NCBI RefSeq assembly: GCF_009914755.1
Contig: NC_060934.1
Length of the DNA: 64,000 nucleotides
Direction: 5' to 3' (one strand)
Source of the DNA: the human T2T-CHM13v2.0 reference genome, Homo sapiens
Below, piece after piece: positions 1-14,660 of the stretch. Numbering within the stretch: the stretch's first letter is position 1; each line of letters starts with the position of its first letter. The position numbers and the translations under genes were made by a program. The notes under the pieces were generated by a model. That model was not told the origin of the DNA. It worked only from the letters and a program-made list of their open reading frames with translations, and made no database searches.

Positions 1-391
1 AGAATAAATGACTGACACTTTTTTTTTCCACTGCTGGTTTTAGAGGGAAAACACAATAATAAAAATGATGATGATGATGAGGATGATAGAAATAATAGCT
101 GATATTAAGCACTTCGTATGCACCAGGCATTATAATGAGTACATTACAAGCACTAACTACCTCATCCCTATGAAGCAGGAACTGTTGTTTTGTTTTGTGT
201 GTGTGTCTGTGTGAGCCTTTAGTTTCTTTCTAAATTCCAGTTGAATAGAAATATTGGCATTTGTTTCAAGGGGATATCATCTTGATTGACTAAAAGTGTT
301 CCAGGTATCAAATCATTACTGCCAATGTGATTCCATATTCTCCAATATAGTTGTCAAATTTTCTCATCAGAACCCACTCAAAGGTGCTTGA

Positions 392-680
392 AGTCCAGGC
401 ACTGTGGTTTATGCCTGTAAACGCAACTCTTTGGGAGGCTGAGGCAGGAGGATCCCTTGATCCCATGAGTTGGAGACCAGCTTGGGCAATACAATGAGAC
501 CCTGTCTCTACAAAAAAATGAAAAAGCCAGACATGATGGCATTCTCCTGTGGTCTCAGCTACTTGGGAGGCTGAAGCAGGAGGATTAATTGAGCCCAGGA
601 AGTCGAGCTGCAGAGAGCCATGATTGTGCCACTATACTCCAACCTGGGTGACAGAGCAAGACCCTGTCTTAAAAAAAAAA
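392..680 (+). mobile_element. AluJ
   Basis: Dimeric Alu with poly(A); TSD aaa(g/a)gtgcttga. Confidence 0.9.
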
Positions 681-1004
681 GTGCTTGAGTATCAGCAACA
701 TCCTGTCAGAAATGGTAGTATGGAAAGTAAAATTATGGAGAATGGTTTACAGCGTCTCAGAGAAGGGTATAAGAGGGCAAAGGGGGTTGTGTTAAACGCT
801 GGGCAGTTTTGCAGTGGATCAAACACGGGCATTGGAATTGGCATTATATTTATTGGAAGGCTTATAAATACTCAGCCATTAAATGCGTCTGTACATGCAA
901 AGCACTTAGAATAATGCCTGGCATGTAGCATGCGCTCAAAAATCAAATATCTTGTTTCAAACATTTAGAACAAAACAAAATTAAATCCCCCCTAGAAGTT
1001 ACCA

Positions 1005-1091
1005 TTGAAAACAACTCAAGTATTATCTCCTTGTATTTTGACATTTTGAAAACAACTCAAGTATTATCTCCTTGTATTTTAACATTTGAAA
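1005..1091. repeat. 41-bp tandem duplication
   Basis: ttgaaaacaactcaagtattatctccttgtatttt occurs twice at period 41. Confidence 0.95.
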
Positions 1092-1329
1092 TAAGCCTTT
1101 GTTATCCACATGCCTCTAAGGGCATGAAACATTGTAGATTAAACACAATTTCACAGCCACTGTGTTTTAGTCAAATAGTCCATAGGTAGATGATAAGAGT
1201 ATACACTAATATTTTTATTCTTTTCTTTATTCTTCTCCTTCTCTTTGTTAAGCAGTTTTGGACAATTACTCTTTGTGGAACACTCCACTATGGCTGTGGA
1301 AAACTAGTAAATGTAAAGTTGTTCCCTGA

Positions 1330-1662
<333 letters not shown>

Positions 1663-1919
1663 TAGAACTCAGATTCTGTTTCAAGCAATGAGATGCAGGT
1701 GTGTGAAAAGTGTTAACTGTTATAGATTGGCAAAATACACAGGACGTTGAGAGACAGTAATTAATTCTAAGGAAAGAGCAATTATAAGAAATGAAAGGGG
1801 TGTTTTATTTATTTAAAATAAAATAAAGATTATTTAAATCTTTATCATATGAAATTAAGGTGACATGGAAGGCATGAAGGAAAGAAACCAGGTTGGGAGT
1901 CACATTAGAGTTGCCTTCG

Positions 1920-2055
1920 TTTTACTTTAGTTTTTGATAGAGATGGGTTCTCACTATGTTGCCCAGGCTGGTCTCAAATTCCTGGGCTCGGGTAATCCTC
2001 TCGCCTCAGCTTCCCGAAGTACTGAGATTACAGGCCTGAGCCACTGCGCCCAGCC
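1920..2055 (-). mobile_element. Alu monomer (FLAM)
   Basis: Single left-arm sequence. Confidence 0.85.
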
Positions 2056-2904
2056 TAGCGTTGCTTCCTAATTAAGAATGTATTAATAGTGGATTGAAGC
2101 ATTTCTCTCAGTCCTCAGGAGGAACTCTGTGCTTTACTTAAGATCTGAGGTAACTCAGAGGCACCTTGGATTTTGTAAAGGATGCGTTCTGCTTTTGCCA
2201 TTTGGACGTCCAGAATCACATCTGTGGCCAAATTCAGCCACTATTGAGATCCTATTCTATTTTTCTTCTCTTATCTTGTATCTGTAAATTACCTTAAACC
2301 CTTTTTCAGGAGATGTGGAATAAATAACTAATAAACACTATAAGAAAGTCATTTATCTTCCCTGCCTCTAAGTTTTCTCAATTATAAAATGAAATGCTTG
2401 GATTAAGTTAAACTGAGCTTACTTTCCTAGTTCCAATGTTTTAAGATTATATGCATGAAGACAGGATTGTCCAGGAATGAAGGCAATCCTCAGTCAATCC
2501 TCAAAATCAGTAGACATGGAGACTTCCTATATAAGAGTAGAAATAACAATCACTTGGCTTAAAACCTTTGAATGAAGTCAGGATATTAGATATCAATTAT
2601 CAACACTTCCTTTCAAAACAAGGCATTTATCTGGTTTTAAGGATGGTTAGAACATGTAAATGTACAAATAAATAAAAGCCCTTTGTGCTGTATATGGTGG
2701 CATAGATGAAGACTTATGAGACATCAAATTTACCAATGATCCATTTCAATGACAGACATTTTTTAAATAATCAGCAATTTTTAAGGTTTTGTTGATTATA
2801 TCAAACATATTCTTAGACAAAAAAAAAAGTGTGTTTATTCCTTTCCTAAAAACAAATAAAACCTTAAAAAGGTGTTCCAGTCTTGCACTATTATCTAAGG
2901 TAGG

Positions 2905-2985
2905 AATTATTTTTGTTGTACAGACGAGGAAACTAAGCTGAGAGAAAGTCTAAATGACTTGCCCAAGGTCATCCAGCAGCTAAGT
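2905..2985 (-). mobile_element. MIR fragment
   Basis: acagacgaggaaactaagctgagag...tgacttgcccaaggtca. Confidence 0.7.
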
Positions 2986-3346
2986 ATATTTACAAGTACA
3001 TGGTGCATGTCACACACTTGAATGAAAATACAAGATGCCATGCCTGAACTCACTGTGTGATGTGAAAGACGGGCATGCACATTATATTAGATGTGGACAT
3101 GGAGACACCATCACAAACATATTACCAAGGAAGCCACCAATTTCCACCTCTTAATAATCACAATTCATGTTTTCAGAAGACAATGTAGTTATCTAACTAT
3201 CTAATTTCTCTAGGCCTGATTTTTGTAACCTATAAAATTGGAATCATGTCACTATTTTATAGAATTGTTTTGAGAATTAAATGAGATACTGTAGGTGTCT
3301 GACCTGTAGTAGTTGCTCCATATTTATAGCTCCTACTATTCTTTTT

Positions 3347-3599
3347 TTAATTTTTATATATTTAGGAGGTACAAGTGTAGATTTCTTACATGCATATATT
3401 TCATCCTGGTGCAGTCTGGACTTTTAGTGAACAGGTCACCTAAATAGTGAACATTGTACCCAATCGGTAATTTTTCAACTCTCCATATTTTGTAGCCTCC
3501 AATGTCTATTTTTCCACTCTGTATAGCCATGTATACTCATTGTTTAGCTTCCACTTATAAGTGAGAACATGCAGTATTTGAATTTGTTTCTGAGTATAA
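3347..3599 (-). mobile_element. L1 (L1PB/L1MA-type) 3' fragment
   Basis: L1 3'UTR motif ccacttataagtgagaacatgcagtatttg. 17-bp TSD CTCCTACTATTCTTTTT at 3330-3346 and 3600-3616. Confidence 0.85.
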
Positions 3600-4387
3600 C
3601 TCCTACTATTCTTTTTAATTAAGATATACTATCTTCATTTAAATATTTTACATTATTCTTATTATGCATTAATACTAGCTAGCATATATTTCATTTTAAG
3701 TGCCAGTGGTGGTGCTGTGCCAGTACTAAGAGAGTTGAGGTATAAATATTGCTCCTGTAATGTGGCTGAAGAGATTAAAAACTGTCTATAAAGAGATAAA
3801 CAAGTCATAAAGCAGGTCATGAACTGTCAAAGTCGTGATTCTGATGCTGCCAGAATGGAGCTGTAGGTCTTGAGTTGGCTTTGTGTAGTGGGTAGGACTT
3901 ATCTGAGTGGAGAAATGGCACAGAGGTAATGGCAATGGTGTGTTTAGAGGAGGAGAAAAACTCCTTTCACTGTAAGGCAAGGTTTAATGAGAAGAAGATG
4001 GAGATGAAATTGGAGTGGTGTGCTGGGCATGGACTGTGGATGAGCCCATCCTATGAGATATTTGCTCTGAGCTGGGAGACATGAGGACAGCCTGCATACA
4101 CAGTGACAGTGAGGGTGGGACAGGGCTTTCCTGCCAGGTCCCTGCTCCTCGACTAGAAGCACTGGCCTTCCTCCTCCATCCACTCATTCATCTCCTGCTT
4201 GCCTTTCTCTGATGACGTGGACTTGCCAGATTTGGTGTTTGTCCCCTCTGGACCTAGAATTCTCAGATATCCTACTGACCTGGCCATGGAGACCACTAGT
4301 GTTCCTCTGGGCTATAGCACAGACTCTAGCCCTCCTGAAAAAGGCCTCAAGGGACAGTTGCCCCTGGCAGATACTGGCCGATAAGCA

Positions 4388-5616
4388 CAGAAAAAAAATG
4401 CTCAACATCACTAGTCATAAAGGAAATACCAATCAATACCACAATGAGTACAACCACTATGGAGAACAATTTGAGATTTCCTTGAAAAACGATAAATAGA
4501 TCTACCATATGATCTAGCAATCCCACTGCTGGGTGTATACCCAAAAGGAAGGAAATCAGTATATCAAAAAGATATCTGCACTTCTGTGTTTGTTGCAGCA
4601 CTGTTCACAAGATTTGGAAACAACCCAAATTCCATCAACAGGTGAATGGGTAAAGAAAATATGGTACCTATCCACAATGGAGTACTATTCAGCCATGAAA
4701 AAGAATGCTATCTTGTCATTTGCCACATGGATGGAACTGGAGGTCATTATAAGTAAAAAAATCCAGGCACAGAATGACAAACATGGCATGTTCTCACTTA
4801 TTTATGGGATCTAAAAATAGAAACAGGCCCAGTGCAGTGGCTCACGCCTGTAATACCAGCACTTTGGGAGGCTGAGGCAGGTGAATCACTTGAGGTCAGG
4901 AATTCAAGACCAGCCTGGCAAACATGACAAAAGCCCAAGTCTACTAAAAATATGAAAATTAGCCGGGCGTGGTGGTGGATGCCTGTAGTCCCAGCTACTT
5001 GGGAGGCTGAGGCAGGAGAATTGCTTGAACCCAGGAGGCAGAGGTTGCAGGATTGCAGGACTTTATTCTGGCTGCTCAGGAATCTGATGGGACAAGGAGC
5101 TGAGATCGTGCCACTGCACTCCAGCCTGGACGACAGAGTGAGACTCTGTCTCAAAAAAAATAAATAAATAAAAAATAAAAATAAAAACAATTGAACTCAT
5201 GGAGGTAGAGAGTAGAAGGATGGTTACCAGAGGCTGGGAATGGTAGCTGGGGTGGGGGAGATGTGGGGTAGTTAATGGGTCCAAAAAAACCAGAAAGAAT
5301 GAATAAGACCTAGTATTTGCTAGCACAACAGCATGACTATAGTCAATAATAATTTAATTGTACATTTTAAAATAACTCAAAGAATATAATTGGATTGTTT
5401 GTAACACATAGGATAAATGCTGGAGGGGACGGATACCTCATTCTCCATGATGCAATTATGCATTGCACACCTGTATCCCGTACATATATACACCTATGTA
5501 CCCACCAAAATTAAAAATTAAAAACAGAGTGAGATACCACCTCACATCCATTAGCATGGCTATAATCCAAAAGAGAGACAATAACAGGTGTTGATGAGGA
5601 TGTGGAGAAATTGGGA
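4388..5616 (+). mobile_element. L1MA2/3-like 3' end (ORF2 C-terminus and 3'UTR) interrupted by an Alu, with a displaced L1 segment
   Basis: Decayed ORF2 peptide WVKKIWYLSTMEYYSAMKKN...HGMFSLI and typical L1MA 3'UTR. Confidence 0.85.
4826..5186 (+). mobile_element. AluS inserted in L1, carrying a non-Alu insertion of about 46 bp
   Basis: Alu consensus interrupted at 5051-5096. Confidence 0.9.
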
Positions 5617-5913
5617 GGGCTTTGAATGGCTCTCCACAGTTTGACAACACATGATGAAGCAACGAGGGAACAATTTCATTTTTGATGGCTGTCTCTGCTC
5701 AGAGGCTGTCTCTGCTGCAGGACTTTATTCTGGCTGTTCAGGAAATGGATGAGACAGGATGCTGAATGGAGTTGGGTAGTTCTGATTTTTTGCCAAGAGG
5801 CAAATGAGAGGGATGCCAGGAAAACAGTATATGATATTGCTCGGCTAATTTAAATATAAATATGGGCCATGGAGTTAAGTACTGTGAGTGTATCATTAAG
5901 AAGGAAAAAGTCA

Positions 5914-6238
<325 letters not shown>

Positions 6239-6384
6239 TTAACTTAGTAAAGTTACGTGGTTACTGTTATGTGAAACACATATAAAATACATACACTTCC
6301 CGAAGTTGAATTTTACACTATGTCTGCTGATTCAGCTGTTTAGAGTTTTGGGGGATTTCTTTTTTTTTGGTTTGTGGTTCCAAG

Positions 6385-6897
6385 GCCACAGCTTTGGAAA
6401 ACAGTGTGTCAATTCTTCAAAAGTTAAATACTTACAGAGTTACCATATGCCCCAGCAGTTGCACTCTTAGGAGTGCCAAGAGAAATCGAAACATACATCC
6501 ACACAAAAATGTGCAGGCAAGTGTTCATACCGGCATAATTTGTATTAGCTGAAAAAATGGAAACAACCCAAATGTCCATCAACTAATAAAAAGAAATGAA
6601 GTGTCAGCACATATTACATTTTGGATTGAACTTTGAACACATTAAGTGAAAGAAGCCAGACACAAAAGACCACATTAATGTATCATCCCATTGATAGGAA
6701 ATGTCCAGAATAGGCAGCTTTATATAGAGAGGAAGTAGAATAATGATTGCTAAGGGATGGGGAGAGGAGGAGTGAACGGATACGGGGTTTCTTTTATAGG
6801 AGAAGAAAATGTTCTAAAATTAGATTGTGGTGATGGTTGCACAACCCTGTGAATATGCCAGAACCATTGAATTATACACTTTAAATAGGTGGATTGT
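6385..6897 (+). mobile_element. Old L1 (L1MB/L1ME-type) 3' fragment
   Basis: ggaaacaacccaaatgtccatcaac, gtgaaagaagccagacacaaaagaccaca, ggtgatggttgcacaac motifs. Confidence 0.8.
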
Positions 6898-7220
6898 TTC
6901 ATTCCACCTGCATGCAAGGAGCTGCTCTATCCACGGGAAAATGGATGCACTAGGTGCAATTTGCACTCTGGGTTCAGTACATTAAGTGAAAGCCTTTGGT
7001 ATGCCTAGGAATTATAGGGAAAATAGCAGTGATAGCAGTGGAGTAGATTTTAGGAGAGAACAGGATGGATGTCTGAAAGATGAGGTTGGAGGGGTTGATG
7101 CGGGTTGGACTATGGAAAAATTTAAAGGCCACCTTATGGAGTTTATATTAAATCCTATGGACAGTAGAGAGCCACTGAAAAGTTTTGCTACTTGAAAGAA
7201 TATGACAGAACTGGGTTTTA

Positions 7221-7430
<210 letters not shown>

Positions 7431-7981
7431 AGGAGAGACTGTTTGAGCCTGTGTAGGCATATGAAAAATAATTACAAAAGAAAAGAAGGAGAGATTGGAG
7501 ATAGGAAGATGAAAAGTAAGCTGGGGGCAGAATCCTGATAAGATGTGGAAGACCTGTACTAGGATGGTAGCTGGGGAAAGTGTGGGACAAGTTCAAGGGC
7601 ATTAGAAAGGCTAAACTGACCAGACAAACTGATCATATTTGGGACTTCCAGAATAGGTGATGCTTCTGAGAAGATTGGCTTAGTGAAGGTTATTGGGCTA
7701 TAGGTCAAGATAAATGTAGGCTGGTTTTTTGGGTGTTTGTTTCTTTAGCAAGAGAGGGATACTATCTGAAAAGAGGAGTCCTTGTGTCCAAGTGGCTCCT
7801 TTTAGACACTCACAGCACAGGAGCTAGGCTGTGCTTGGTCATTGCAGATGTTCATAGCCATCAAGTCAGCCCACCTGTGTTTCTTCTCCGAGCCTTGTCT
7901 TCCCTTTCTCTGGTCTGCTTTTTCAAATTCTAATGTACGCTTCTTTTTCAGTTCCCCAATTTCTGGTAACTATCGCATTTG

Positions 7982-8112
7982 AATTTTTCTTTTTTAAGAG
8001 ACAGGGTCTAACTCTGCTGCCAGGCTGGTCTTGAACTCTTGGCCTCAAGCAATCCTCCTGCCTCCGCCTTCCAAAGTGCCAGGATTACAGGTATCAGCCA
8101 CTGTGCCTGGCC
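7982..8112 (-). mobile_element. Alu monomer (FLAM)
   Basis: Single-arm antisense. Confidence 0.85.
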
Positions 8113-8696
8113 TCACCTTTGATTTTGGTATCCTTTACCCAGACATCCAGTCGCAGCCTCACTTCACTGCACTGTTCAACTCCTAACTCAGTATCTGATT
8201 TTCATCCAGGGCTTCTCTGTGCTGACTTTGTCCCCAGTTCCCAAGATAACATCTGGCTTAGATCTCCCTATACCAAAACCTATACTGGTAAGCCAGGGGA
8301 CCTGGGAACAGGCTGAAGAGGAGGCTGGAAGGGGGCCATGTTGCATTTAAACCACCAGTAGGGCTGCCTGGTGGAAATGCTCTCTATGCAATGCAAAGTA
8401 TAATTGCAGGGCTTAAAAATGAGGAGAGAGAGGAAGACACAGATAAGTATGAGTTTTCTGCTTCCCTCTGAAGCAATATCTATAGAGATTAGATAACAGG
8501 AATAAGTATAATACCAAACAAAGATCAGGGAAGATTTATCCTAAAGATAATCTGGATCATAGCTACAATGACTAAATTATTTGCTCTGAAAGGGTAAACT
8601 TGTTGCCACCATTCCTTCAGAAAACACTTAAAGCTGGGTCTTTATTGGTATTTATGAAATCTGGATATTTTTATGGCCTGACTAATACCTTTGTCA

Positions 8697-9203
<507 letters not shown>

Positions 9204-9601
9204 TCACTTTTTTCTCTCAGTGTCTACATCATAACAAACCTAAGTTGTATCTTAATACATTATTTGCCTTTTATATCAGAGCATCACTGGACCATTGTAA
9301 GGCAGTAGTAATAAGTTATTAATGATAAAATAGGTAACAAACAAAGACTATAATATGCTATCATCAAAAAATTAAGGCCATATTTCACTTCATGTTTTAG
9401 ATTCTGGTAGGATTTTAAAGCACCAAATTCTTTGATATTTTTGAATATACTTTCACTAATTCTATTATTATCTACTTTATTCTTATTTACTGTTCTGTTT
9501 TAATTATTGTCTGCTTTCATTACTTTTTTCTCCAAAATTTCCTCTGAATTTGACTTTAATTAAATTGTGTATAAGTGTGTATTTTCTTTACTGTGGTTAT
9601 T

Positions 9602-10290
9602 TTCTTTTCTTTTCTTTTATTATTATTATACTTTGAGTTTTAGGGTACATGTGCACAATGTGCAGGTTAGTTACATATATATACATGTGCCATGCTGGTG
9701 TGCTGCACCCATTAACTTGTCATTTAGCATTAGGTATATCTCCTAATGCTATCCCTCCCCCCTCCCCCCACCCCACAACAGTCCCCAGAGTGTGATGTTC
9801 CCCTTCCTGTGTCCATGTGTTCTCATTGTTCAATTCCCACCTATGAGTGAGAACATGCGGTGTTTGGTTTTTTGTCCTTGTGACAGTTTACTGAGAATGA
9901 TGATTTCCAATTTCATCCATGTCCCTACAAAGGACATGAACTCATCAATTTTTATGGCTGCATAGTATTCCATGGTGTATATGTGCCACATTTTCTTAAT
10001 CCAGTCTCTCATTGTTGGACATTTGGGTTGGTTCCAAGTTTTGCTATTGTGAATAGTGCCGCAATAAACATACGTGTCATGTGTCTTTATAGCAGCATGA
10101 TTTATAGTCCTTTGGGTATATACCCAGTAATGGGATGGCTGGGTCAAATGGTATTTCTAGTTCTAGATCCCTGAGGAATCACCACACTATCTTCCACAAT
10201 GATTGAACTAGTTTACAGTCCCACCAACAGTGTAAAAGTGTTCCTATTTCTCCACATCCTCTCCAGCACCTGTTGTTTCCCGACTTTTTT
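9602..10290 (-). mobile_element. L1PA (about L1PA3) 5'-truncated copy, about 690 bp
   Basis: Near-consensus young L1 3'UTR. ORF 9830-10147 is the ORF2 C-terminus (WIKKMWHIYTMEYYAAIK...MFSLIGGN). Confidence 0.93.
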
Positions 10291-11159
10291 ATTTTCTAGG
10301 TAGTTTGATATTGTCCTTTTGAAATTTTCTTCTCTGTTTCCTCAGCTGTTAAGGAAAATGTTTTCTACTTAAGGAGTTTTTTTTAAAATTTGTTTTAGCC
10401 CTTATTTTTCATTTTCATTATTGTTGTATCTTGGTCAGAGAATGTGGCTATTTCTCCTTTGAGAAATTTATTTACATTTTCTGGCACATAACTAGTTTTC
10501 AACAAATAATTTATAAGCTAAGCCTAATTTTTACTCAAATCCCCTATAATATATTTATGTCTTTCCCCTATTAATCAGTCAAATATAGAAATTAAATTTA
10601 TTACCATTGCTAAGGTCATAATTTTGTAAGCCAAATTTTTACTATTATTTTCTATTTACTTAGTCTTAAAAATAATTTGTATAAACAAAATAATGTATTT
10701 TTGCTTGGAAAATTTAATGATGACTCAGTTCTGAACCAAGACAAATAATGCTAAATTCTTAATTACAGTTCTTGCCTCCAGAGAAATAAAGAAAATAATT
10801 AGCTGATGACAAGAATAACACTCTCTGTAAAGTTACTGAGCACAGTAACAAATAAATAAACAAATAAAACACCCTTCTTAGGAATAATTATCATAAAATT
10901 TGCTAGTCAGAAACAATACATGAAGGATACACTGTAGTTTGCATCTTCTTTTCCCTAAGAATTTTTAGAGTCATTTAGAATTTTAGAATGTAGTCAAGAA
11001 AGACAAAGAATTTGTTGCAATGCACTTGTCCATCTCAAATTGTCCTCCTCACATTGACTCCCCAGCAATGTTTAGGAGAATAAAGCCACAATAGGATGGA
11101 GTGGAGAAATCTCTTTCCCCTTTTTTATGAGCTGCCCTCACAGTAGGATGTTATATTTT

Positions 11160-11525
11160 TGCATGCATATGTTCATTGTTCACAATAGCACTATTCACAA
11201 TAGCAAAGACATGGAATCAGCCCAAATGCCCATCAATGATAGACTGAATAAAGAAAATATGGTAAATATACACCATGGAATACTATGCAGCCATAAAAGG
11301 GAATGAGATCATGTCCTTTGCAGGGACATGGATGGAGCTGGAAGCCATTATCCTCAGCAAACTAATGCAGGAACGGAAAACTACACACTGCATGTTCTCA
11401 CTTATAAGTGGGAGCTGAATGATGAGAACACATGGACACATTGGGGGAACAACACACACCTGTCAGAGGGTTGGATGGGGAGCGGGGAGAGCATCAGGAA
11501 GAATAGCTAATGGATGCTGGGGTAA
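11160..11525 (+). mobile_element. Older L1PA 3' fragment
   Basis: caccatggaatactatgcagccataaaa...gttctcacttataagtgggagctgaatgatgagaacacatggacac. Confidence 0.85.
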
Positions 11526-11822
11526 AAGCTCACTGCTGCCAGCACTCACTCCTCAGTCTAAGATGGTAGGGACAAAACTGCCCCCAGAAGATTGTGGTTT
11601 TCCACATTGGCTTTCACTTCATGTTGCTAATTTCCACCTCCTAGGTCTCATGTCAATGTGTCTGCTTGACTAATCACAGGTAGAATCCTAACTGCAAGGG
11701 AGCCTGGGAAACATCATTTCTAGATTTCCAGCTTCTATATTATAGGAACACATCATAAAAGGCACTTGGAGAGGGCGTTCAGAGAGCCAGTCAAAAGTAT
11801 CTACCACAAAAGTATTATAAAA

Positions 11823-11893
11823 CGAAGGAAGAGAGGGAAAGAAAGAAGGAAAGAAGGAAGGAAGGGAACGAGGGAGGGAAGGAAGGAAGGAAA
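11823..11893. repeat. Polypurine (GGAA/GAAA)n tract
   Basis: Read directly from the sequence. Confidence 0.9.
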
Positions 11894-11899
11894 AACTTT

Positions 11900-13360
11900 T
11901 TTTCTTATATGACTTATAATTTTGCTTTTATGCATAGATTCATAATTCAACAAGAATTTCTTTTGCATATGGCAATGAGGATAGGGATCTGACTTTATTT
12001 CTTCCAAATATATAGCCGATTATTTCAATACGACTCATTAAATACTCTGTTATTTTTCTACTGATTACTAACTGCCAACTTTTTCATACATCAAATTTAA
12101 ATTCTGAAATCTTTGTCTTTTTCCGTTGGTTTATTTATGTAAATCCTGAAGTGCCAAATATGTTTATTTTTCTTTAAAATACATTTTTATTACTTAGGAA
12201 TAATCTTTTTTTTTTAGGAATAAGCTTTTATTCTCAGATAAAGTTGAGAGTCAACTTGCTGACTTTCTTTTCTTTTTTATAAATCCATTTGGGGATCTAA
12301 TTGAAGTTGCAAAAAGTTTCATATTCTTTTAGGAAGAGTTACCATTTTAATATGGTAAAGATGTCTCTCCCTACATTAATTCCCGTAACATGGTAGTTCC
12401 CTTCATTTTTTCGTCTTCTTTTATCCATATAGTTTTATTATTTTTTCTATCTTGAATTGACAAATTGCTTATTATTTATCTCTATGTTTTTCGTAGTTTT
12501 TGTTGCTGTTGTAAATCTGATCTTTTGCCATGTCATTTTCTAATATTTATTGGTGTATATATAGGAACACTACTGATGTGTATATATTTACTTCACATCA
12601 GCCACCTTATTAATTCTACTATTCACACTACAATTCTCTTGAATTGTTTATGTAGACAATTGTATCACCTCCATATTTTGCTAACTTTGTCTTTTCTCCA
12701 GGATCTGCAGGCCAAATCCACGTGGCTGCTTCTGTAGATAATGTTTTATTGGCACTAGCCATGCTTGTTTGGTTACGTAGTGTCTACAACAGCAGACTTG
12801 TGTGGTTCTGACAAAGACCATCTGACTTGCAAAACCTGAAATATTTGCTGTCTTGTCCCTTATAAAAAAAAGTTTCCCAAGTCCTGCCATTGACTGTTTA
12901 TAAATTTAAGATCTTTTTCTGGACCTCTTATTGTTAAGGACAACCAAAACAAAACTAAATAGTAGCAATAATGGCGGGACCCCTTTGACTTGTGTTTTAC
13001 ATTGGAACATTTTTGGTGTTTTACAGTTAGAATGATGGTTGCCATTGGTTTCTGGTAGATAACCTCTATCAAGTTAAGGAAAACACTAACCATTTCAACC
13101 TTACTAAGAGATTTTTATCAGGAATGGGTATTGGATTTTAGGAACTTCCTACTCACCATGCATTGAGATGATCATATAGTATCTCATTTAATATTTTAAC
13201 TTAGTGAATTATTCTGATACATTTCCCACTGGTGAGTTGTTCTTGTATTCTTGGTTATTATGTACTATCCTTTTAATGTATTTATGGGATCAATTTTTGA
13301 AAATTTTGTTTGGGATTTTTTCATCTGTATTTGTAAGTAATAGTGATTTGTTGTTTTCCT
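11900..13360 (-). mobile_element. Highly diverged L1M fragments
   Basis: T-rich antisense ORF2-like tracts; minus-strand peptide IYQKPMATIIL resembles ORF2 IYDKPTANIIL. Confidence 0.6.
12699..12886. mobile_element. MER58A (hAT-Charlie)
   Basis: ggccaaatcc...gttttattgg...gaccatctgacttgcaaaacctgaaatatttgct...aaagtttcccaagtcctg. Confidence 0.75.
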
Positions 13361-13828
13361 ATTTTAGGAATGCTTTTTTTAGTGGCAACTCATTCTTGTT
13401 GCTGTCATCTTAAATCTCTCTGAAGACAGCAATTGGAATTTCTTAAAAGCCTCTCTTCTATTTCTTTCATCCACTCAATTTCCTCTGGGGTCAATATCTT
13501 GGTTTTTAATTTCGATGCTTCATGCTCTTGTTACTCCTCAAATGTTTGATGACCCCGATTGTCGACTCATAATTTTAATGAAAGGGTTAGAATGACATAG
13601 AAGGTGGTATGGATTTACTTGGGAACTAGAGCAAGCCTCCTTCTGGACTGAGAGGCTGACTGTGGCATTCTGTAGATGAACATGGGCATTTATAGACAGA
13701 TCTACCCTTTGGGTTGGATGAAGATCAGACAGTAAACTTCAGCCATCGTTGAGCGTTATTTGCCGAAACCAGCAAAAATATGTACTGAAAATGGAGCACC
13801 CAAGAGTGCTTAGTAAAATTCACTGGAA

Positions 13829-14130
13829 GGCCAGGCGTGGTGGCTCACACCTGAAATCTCAGCCTTTTGAGAGGCAGAGGTGGGAGAATCATTTGGTGCT
13901 AGGAGTTCAAGACTAGCCTGGGCAAGATAGTGAGATCCCATCTTTACCAAAAAATTCAAAAAATTAGCTGGGGATAGTGTCACACACTTGTAGTCCTAGC
14001 TACTCAGGAGGCTAAGGCGAGAGAATTACTTGAACCCAGGAGTTTGAAGCTGTAGTGAGCTATGACTGTGCCACTGTACTCCAGCCTGAGTGACAGAGTG
14101 GGACCCCATGTCTAAAATTTTTTTAAAAAT
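13829..14130 (+). mobile_element. AluJ
   Basis: Full-length; TSD ending ttcactggaa. Confidence 0.9.
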
Positions 14131-14404
14131 GTAAAACTTCACTGGAATGTGGAAATTTCTTTTCCCACTCCCTTCTGATTGATTGATTGGATGCTTGGCT
14201 GGTTGGATGGGAATCTGCCTGACTGTTATGGTGTCCCAAGCTTTCTGGGCACTGCTCTACTTGTTTTTTGGCTCAAGACCCACCTTTGGAATCAATGAGG
14301 TATTTTTTCCACGTTATTTAAGGCAAGGGTTCTTGCTGATTGTAGACTGGGGGTGATTATGGCAGCCCATTGTTGACAGGGAAGTCAAATGGCCCATAGC
14401 ATTT

Positions 14405-14660
14405 TTAAAAAATGTTTACTTTAAGGTCTGGGATACATGTGCAGAATGTGCAGGTTTGTTACATATGTATGCATGTGCCATGGTGGTTTGCTGCACCTAT
14501 CAACCCATCATCTAGGTTTTAAGCCCCACATGCATTAGGTATTTGTCCTAATGTTCCCCGCCACTTGCCCCCAACCCCGGACAGGCCCTGGTGTGTGATA
14601 TTCCCTTCCCTGTGTCTATGTGTTCTCATTATTCAACTCCCACTTATGAGTGAGAACAGG
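14405..14660 (-). mobile_element. L1PA 3' fragment
   Basis: gggatacatgtgcagaatgtgcaggtttgttacat...cccacttatgagtgagaaca. Confidence 0.88.

Noticed and set aside
9830-10147. 105-aa ORF resembling a retrotransposon protein (also 4533-4814 and 11328-11510)
   Set aside because: Decayed L1 fragments of 5'-truncated copies (ORF2 C-terminus, or an alternative frame of the same region); not autonomous genes.
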